From: an uncultured bacterium
Lineage (GTDB): Bacteria; Patescibacteriota; JABMPQ01; CAVVCK01
Direction of reading: 5' to 3'
Assembly (NCBI GenBank): GCA_963746775.1
Contig: CAVVCK010000001.1
Coordinates: 19,050-83,049 of the forward strand
Length of the DNA stretch: 64,000 nucleotides
A program made the position numbers and the translations under genes. This document shows positions 58,241-64,000 of the stretch, in pieces. Position 1 is the stretch's first letter. Every line of letters begins with the position of its first letter. The notes beneath the pieces were generated by a model that was not told where the DNA came from, did not search any database, and saw only the letters and a list, made by a program, of their open reading frames with translations.

Positions 58241-58936
58241 TTATAACATATAGTCTCCCTTTACCCTGTCTCTTAATATTTTTCCTTCTTCTAGGGTAAT
58301 AACCCTTTTTTGTAATCTATTTACTATATCCCTATCGTGTGTTGATAAAAAAATAGTCGTTCCTAATTTATTTATTTTTAATAAAATTTCCATAATTTCC
58401 CAAGAATAAATAGCATCTAGCTCTCCTGTTAACTCATCAGCTATTAATATTTCCGGATGATGAATAAAAGCGCGGGCAATAGCTACTCTCTGCTGCTCTC
58501 CACCTGATAATTCATATGGAAAAGCCTTTTCCTTGCCAGATAAACCCACTAGACTTAAAACTTCTGGTACAACTTTTTTTATTAAACTATTTTTTTCTTC
58601 ACAAACCATCATAGCAAAAGCTACATTTTCATAAATTGTTTTTTTGTTGAGCAATTTAAAGTCCTGAAAAACAACCCCAATTTGCCTCCTAAATTCAGAT
58701 ATTTTTCTTTTTCTAATTTTTTTTAAATCCCACCCTAAGACATTAATTTCTCCCCTAGTTGGCCGCACTTCTGCTATTAATAATTTTACCAAAGTAGTTT
58801 TCCCTGTGCCAGATCTGCCAACAATTGAAACAAATTCCCCTTTCTTAATTTCTATATTTATATCTTGTAAAGCTAAAATATCCTCCGAATAAGCCTTACT
58901 AATATTTTTTAATTCTATAACATTTTCCTCACTCAT
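58241..58936 (-). CDS. ftsE: Cell division ATPase FtsE
   Basis: GRSGTGKTT, VFQDFKLL, LSGGEQQR; directly upstream of ftsX. Confidence 0.92.
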   Translation of the reverse strand: MSEENVIELKNISKAYSEDILALQDINIEIKKGEFVSIVGRSGTGKTTLVKLLIAEVRPTRGEINVLGWDLKKIRKRKISEFRRQIGVVFQDFKLLNKKTIYENVAFAMMVCEEKNSLIKKVVPEVLSLVGLSGKEKAFPYELSGGEQQRVAIARAFIHHPEILIADELTGELDAIYSWEIMEILLKINKLGTTIFLSTHDRDIVNRLQKRVITLEEGKILRDRVKGDYML

Positions 58937-60028
58937 TTATTTTTAGTTTTTAAATATGATTCAATAAATTTTTGTATATTGCCATCTAAAACTTCTTCAG
59001 CATTTTTAACTTCCATTTTAGTTCGATGATCTTTAACCATTTTATAAGGATGTAATACATAAGATCTAATTTGATTACCCCAACTAGCGTCAACATGCTT
59101 ACCTCGTGCTTCTAATTTTTCTTTTTCCGATTTATCAATTAAATTTTTATATAATTTTGATTTTAAAATTTTCATAGCAGTTTCCTTGTTTTGTGCTTGT
59201 GACCTCTCTGTTTGACAGGTAACTACTATATTTTGAGGCAAATAAGTAATCCTGACTGCCGATGATGTTTTGTTAACACTCTGCCCCCCTGCACCCGATG
59301 ATCTAAAAGTATCAATTTTTAAATCTTCCGATTTTAGCACAATTTCTTTATCATCCTCAATAACCGGAAAAACCTCTACTAAAGCAAAGGAAGTGTGTCT
59401 AGCATGATCAGCATCGAAGGGAGATTGGCGAACAAGACGATGCGTGCCTCCTTCTGCCTTTAAATAGCCATAAACATATTTACCCGTAACTTCTATAGTT
59501 ACGCTCTTGATCCCAGCTTCATTACCCATTATTTTATCACTAATCCTAGCCTTCCATTTTCTACTTTCAATATAGCGCAAATACATGCGCATTAGCATTT
59601 CTGCCCAATCTTGCGCATCTACACCACCAGATCCTGCATGAATTATTAAAATAGCATCACCTCTATCATATCTTTTATCCATTATAAACTCCAGTTCTGC
59701 CTGAACAAATACTTTATTCAACTTTTTGTATCTTTCTTCTACTTCCTTAAGTATGCCATTGTCTTCTTCTAATTCTGCCATTTCAGCAAGTTCCAGAAGA
59801 TCATCTTTTTCTTTATTAATATTCTGCCAAAATTCTATTTCTTTCTCTAAATCACCCAATTCTTGAGATATTCTATGTGCTTCCTTAACATCATCCCAAA
59901 AACCAGGTTTTAATATTTTTTCTTTTAATTTTTCGATTTGATCTTTTTTTTCATCTAAATCAAAGACAGTCCATTAATTTTTGAACCTTATCTCTAAAAA
60001 TCTTTAATTGTTGAATCAAGTTCTCCAT
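58933..60028 (-). CDS. prfB: Peptide chain release factor 2 with programmed +1 frameshift
   Basis: ATG 60028, 22 codons, CTT TGA T at 59965-59959, then the +1 frame (DLDEKK...PGFWDD) joins the ORF with SPF and GGQ. Confidence 0.93.
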
Positions 60029-60051
60029 ACCTATAATATTACATTAAAAAT

Positions 60052-60909
60052 TTATCTTTGACAAACGGGACAATAATGCGTTCCACGACCGCAAATTTTA
60101 ATTCTCTTTATTTTCCCTCCACATTTGAAACATTTCTCACCTTCTCTTTGATATACTTTTAATAATTTCGTAAAATTACCCCTATTTCCGCTACCATCAA
60201 CATAATTACTAAAAGTAGTACCTCTATACGTTATAGCTTTCTTTAATATTTTGTTTATTGCTAAATAAATTTTTTCTTTTTCTAGTCTTGATAATGAAAT
60301 AATATTCCTAGTAGGTTTTATTTTGGCATTAAATAATATTTCATCAGCATAAATATTACCAATACCAGCAATATATTTTTGATTAAGTAGAAATGCTTTA
60401 ATATTGGTTTTCTTGTTCTTAATGGTTTCCAAAAAATCACTTTTTATAAATTTACTATTTATAGGATCTAGGCCAAAATTAGATTTTATTTCTTTTAATT
60501 CATTTTTATTAACTATCTTCATATAACCAAATTGCCTGATATCATTATAGAAAAGCTTTGACTTGTCTTGAAAAGTAAAAATAATATGGCTGAATTTATT
60601 GGGTAACTTATCTATCTTTGGATAATTATGGCCCCCTGAAATAATATTCTTCCCAGATATATAAATAAGCTGACCAGTCATTTTTAAATGTACTAGTAAA
60701 AATTTATCCGTTTTATTTAAAACAAAAATCATTAATTTACCAATTCTATCTATTTTTTTAAAATAGCTGCCCTCTAAACTATTCTTAAAATTTATAAGAC
60801 TGCTTTTTACTATTTTAGGTTTAGAGATTTTAATGCTTACTATTTTTTTATTTAAAATACTTTTACTTAAATCATTTCTAATTGTTTCTACTTCTGGTAA
60901 TTCTGGCAT
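60052..60909 (-). CDS. mutM: Formamidopyrimidine-DNA glycosylase
   Basis: MPELPEVE, HLKMTG, GIGNIYADE, C-terminal zinc finger. Confidence 0.97.
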   Translation of the reverse strand: MPELPEVETIRNDLSKSILNKKIVSIKISKPKIVKSSLINFKNSLEGSYFKKIDRIGKLMIFVLNKTDKFLLVHLKMTGQLIYISGKNIISGGHNYPKIDKLPNKFSHIIFTFQDKSKLFYNDIRQFGYMKIVNKNELKEIKSNFGLDPINSKFIKSDFLETIKNKKTNIKAFLLNQKYIAGIGNIYADEILFNAKIKPTRNIISLSRLEKEKIYLAINKILKKAITYRGTTFSNYVDGSGNRGNFTKLLKVYQREGEKCFKCGGKIKRIKICGRGTHYCPVCQR

Positions 60910-60914
60910 AAATT

Positions 60915-62102
60915 TTATTTTAATATCCTACAATAATAAGTACTGCTACCATATTTATTTTCTACATTTTCAATCTCTGTTTTTACAACCCTAGATTCAA
61001 TCCCAGCATCTAAAACCAAATTTGGCTTATCTATAAATAAAGAAACGTGGCTGATATTACTGTTATTTTCATAAAAAACTATATCGCCTATTTGTAAATC
61101 ATCGTTAAAAATTAAATCTTTATTTTTACAATAATTATATAAATTCTCCGTTCGGTCACTAAATAAATAATCCTTATTAGGTGTTCCTATGTAATTATTG
61201 GGTTCTTTTTTAAAATCTTCTCCTATTTCATTTTTCAAAAATATTCCCGCATAATCATAAGATTTATAAATAACATCAATATTGCTTAAAAAACCAAATC
61301 GTGAAAAAAGTCCATATAAACCTTCCTCTGTACTGTCATAATAAACTCCCCTCATCTTTTCTGCTGTTTCTATTAAATCACTAAGATTACTCTTCTCATT
61401 ATTATTAGCATCTACATCTTCTAAATTTATTATATTATCCCCATCTATATCTAAATCCTTCATATTCATAATCCCGTCTGAATCCAAATCACCATAATAA
61501 ACATTGGAATTTATAGAAAACATGTGCTGATTTATATAAAATAATATGGATATTAAAATAACAGTAAAAAGTGAAGTAGCTATTATAATGCTTGTTTTTA
61601 ATTTTTTAAATTTTATAAAAAACAATAAGTTTAAAAATACTACTAATATCGAAATTTCAATAGAATAATTAATAGCAAAAAAATTCTCTCCGTAAAAGCC
61701 CTCGCTCAACGAAGAAAAACTTAAAAGTCCATAAGGCAGCTTATCAAAAGGATAAAGCCAAGCCACACCAGATCCTATTGAATCTAATAATAGGTGGGAA
61801 AAAGAAGAAATCAATATTATAAATGAAATAAATTTTACAATTCTCTTTTTTGTAAAATAACCAACTAAAAATACGATTAGAGAAATAGCCAGATATAAAA
61901 TAGGTGTATGAGTAATTAATGCCCGATGAGTTTCTGAAGCTGATATAAAATAATAATAAAACAAATCCAAATCAGGAAAAATTGCAAAAATAATTCCAAA
62001 TAAAAAAATCCAAAACGTTTGCTTTTTGGTAAATTTAATTTTAGAAATTTTTGAAGAAAAATAAGTAATAATATATCCAGCTGGTGCGTGAGAAAAAATC
62101 AT
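60915..62102 (-). CDS. YdjM-like membrane metal-dependent hydrolase fused to Ca-binding-like and NlpC/P60-like segments
   Basis: H, PDLD, HRALITH, SHLLLD; DxDxDG repeats; GDIVFY...HVSL. Confidence 0.65.
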   Translation of the reverse strand: MIFSHAPAGYIITYFSSKISKIKFTKKQTFWIFLFGIIFAIFPDLDLFYYYFISASETHRALITHTPILYLAISLIVFLVGYFTKKRIVKFISFIILISSFSHLLLDSIGSGVAWLYPFDKLPYGLLSFSSLSEGFYGENFFAINYSIEISILVVFLNLLFFIKFKKLKTSIIIATSLFTVILISILFYINQHMFSINSNVYYGDLDSDGIMNMKDLDIDGDNIINLEDVDANNNEKSNLSDLIETAEKMRGVYYDSTEEGLYGLFSRFGFLSNIDVIYKSYDYAGIFLKNEIGEDFKKEPNNYIGTPNKDYLFSDRTENLYNYCKNKDLIFNDDLQIGDIVFYENNSNISHVSLFIDKPNLVLDAGIESRVVKTEIENVENKYGSSTYYCRILK

Positions 62103-63193
62103 TATTTAAAATGTTTACTTAAACGAGGCCCTCTTTGCGTATGATAATGAGAACCAAGACTACCAACACCATATACTAATTCCGGATATTCTACTAATGA
62201 TTCGTAAACCACCTTACAGATAGGCTGTCCATCGCGTAAAACAAAATCATTGTCATTAGTAAAAACTTCTAAAACTAATGGTGTTCCTTTTACTTCACCG
62301 TTTTTTCCATATCCCCAGCCCGGATCAATAAAACCAGCATAATGAGATCTATATTCACCTTTGGAAGTATCATAAGCAATCATTTCCATGGCATATTCAC
62401 AAGGTACTCGAACATATTCTTTGGTGGATAAAATATAAAAATGATCTTTCTTTAAAACTACAGTTCCATCTTTTGGCCTTATTATAGATTCAAAAAAGTC
62501 TAAAGGATCATGAGAAAATTCATTAAAATCCAATACTTTTTCAGCTTGAGGTATACATTTATATCCCACAATATCTTGATCTAAATCAACAGTCATCGTC
62601 AAACCTCCGCCGCTGTCAAACTCAATTTCACTACAATCTATTGGTTTGCCTTGGCTATTATATAACAGATTATATTTTCTATATAAAGCCCCATGCTCCT
62701 TTTCTGTAAGTCTGGCATCAATATCAAAAAACATCATTTGATTTAGGGCATTGCCTGGTTTTAATTTTACGGCAAAAGATTTAGGACTGACTAAAGCCCA
62801 CAAATCACCTTTATATCCACGAGGTATCTTATCAAATTTCGAAACACCGTCCGCTAAGATTCTTACTTGCAAGTTTATTCTGCCCGTTGAGCTCTTATTA
62901 TTTGTTAGAGCAAATATTTGGCTGGAAAGATTTAGCGATTCGTTAAGTTTAATCATATAAACTCCTTCACATTCCAGAGGTTTATTAAGATCAGTTTTAT
63001 ACAGAGAACCAGTTTTAATAATATCAATTACTTTTTCATGCTTTCTAGGTAAAAATATTCCTTTCATCTTATAAATCTCATCAGAAATCGACAAATCTAA
63101 TGAGGCAGGCTGTAAATTTTTTTCATCTGCTCCTAATATCAATTTCTCTTCAATTAATTTTTTAATAGCTTGAGAAGGATAAGCACCTAACAT
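62102..63193 (-). CDS. dcd: dCTP deaminase, long two-domain type
   Basis: QPASLDL, KSSTGR, GEYRSHYAGFIDPGWG, RLSKHF. Confidence 0.88.
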   Translation of the reverse strand: MLGAYPSQAIKKLIEEKLILGADEKNLQPASLDLSISDEIYKMKGIFLPRKHEKVIDIIKTGSLYKTDLNKPLECEGVYMIKLNESLNLSSQIFALTNNKSSTGRINLQVRILADGVSKFDKIPRGYKGDLWALVSPKSFAVKLKPGNALNQMMFFDIDARLTEKEHGALYRKYNLLYNSQGKPIDCSEIEFDSGGGLTMTVDLDQDIVGYKCIPQAEKVLDFNEFSHDPLDFFESIIRPKDGTVVLKKDHFYILSTKEYVRVPCEYAMEMIAYDTSKGEYRSHYAGFIDPGWGYGKNGEVKGTPLVLEVFTNDNDFVLRDGQPICKVVYESLVEYPELVYGVGSLGSHYHTQRGPRLSKHFK

Positions 63194-63194
63194 T

Positions 63195-63812
63195 TTAATT
63201 TTTTATTTTTATAATTTTTTTACTAACTACTGCGACTTTACTTAACTTTAAAATAATAGCCAAACTAAGGCTTGCTACTAATATAATAGTTAAATTTGCA
63301 AAAAGATTCATTTTAAAAAAAGGTAAACCCATAATATAGCATTGTATCAATCCAGATAAAGTATGAGGATACATATCCCAGCCAAGCCAAACACCAAAAT
63401 TAGTCCAAATAAAAAAAACTATTGATGATACAATTCCCATACCTGTCATTTTTAATCCAAAAGATAAACTATCTTTTTTACTTTTTCTTAATACTAAACC
63501 AAGCAAACCAATAATCGCCCAAGCAGACCAAGTGTAAAATAGAATTGAAGTATTACCAATATACATGTCAGATATAGCAACTACGGATAAGGGTACAATT
63601 AATGCATACGAAAACCCCAAGAACGATCCAGCTAAAAGAGAAACTAAGGTTATTAGTTCCACATTATACAATCCTGGGAAAAAATGAATTCTAATTATAC
63701 GCCCTCCTACTCCTAAAGTTATTAGTAGTAAAGCTATAACTAACTTCTTTTTATTAATTTTTTTTAAATTTTCTAAAAAATTCATATTATTTAAATTATT
63801 CCTAAACACCAA
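63195..63812 (-). CDS. ECF S-component-like membrane protein (DUF6580-like)
   Basis: ISDMYIG, FFIWTNFGVW, MYPHTLSGLIQCYIMGLPFF. Confidence 0.7.
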   Translation of the reverse strand: MVFRNNLNNMNFLENLKKINKKKLVIALLLITLGVGGRIIRIHFFPGLYNVELITLVSLLAGSFLGFSYALIVPLSVVAISDMYIGNTSILFYTWSAWAIIGLLGLVLRKSKKDSLSFGLKMTGMGIVSSIVFFIWTNFGVWLGWDMYPHTLSGLIQCYIMGLPFFKMNLFANLTIILVASLSLAIILKLSKVAVVSKKIIKIKN

Positions 63813-63898
63813 ATTGTAACTGATATCCGAAACCCTGTAGGATTCCGGATACCTTTTATTCTAAATTTTTCTTAACCTATTCAAATCTGCTTGTATCC

Positions 63899-64000
63899 TT
63901 ACATGGTACTCGCTTCATACTTAAATTCTACCTTCATACCTTCAGTTAGTATTTGTTTATCCGCTGCAACTGGAGAAGTTGTACCATCAATATAATACAT
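63899..64000 (-). CDS. C-terminus of a DUF4430-like protein, 5' truncated
   Basis: MYYIDG...VAADKQILTEGMKVEFKY*. Confidence 0.55.
   Translation of the reverse strand: MYYIDGTTSPVAADKQILTEGMKVEFKYEASTM

Noticed and set aside
58933-59859. Truncated prfB or pseudogene
   Set aside because: The missing N-terminus is supplied by the programmed +1 frameshift from ATG 60028
1-64000. Alternative genetic code with TGA read as Gly or Trp
   Set aside because: Core genes are full length in the standard code, RF2 is present and TGA ends several ORFs

Overview
AT-rich bacterial chromosome segment in the standard genetic code. Gene content, Shine-Dalgarno-poor starts and protein styles suggest Patescibacteria/CPR (inference). 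Positions 1-38 kb and 49.4-64 kb are mostly housekeeping genes (der, pth, mfd, dprA, topA, rel, parAB, glyA, leuS, metG, glyQS, tgt, recO, ileS, ftsEX, prfB, mutM, dcd) and three tRNAs. The notable part is 38.7-49.3 kb: two REP-associated tyrosine transposases with their repeat families, interleaved with six co-oriented minus-strand GC-rich single-gene cassettes (A-F) encoding lipoproteins or membrane proteins. The cassettes share a non-coding frame: AT-rich sigma70 promoter, boxA-like motif, left arm, strong SD, ORF, stop, a right arm complementary to that cassette's own left arm, and a GC-rich 3' hairpin. Not every cassette has every element. The layout resembles an rRNA operon (antitermination plus processing stalk) wrapped around foreign-style mRNAs and is the candidate undescribed system. 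Also noted: a candidate ncRNA between pth and mfd, LeuRS with two inserted enzyme domains, IleRS with a GVHH motif, and palindromic repeats inserted in frame in proteins. All calls come from reading the sequence; no database searches or folding programs were run.
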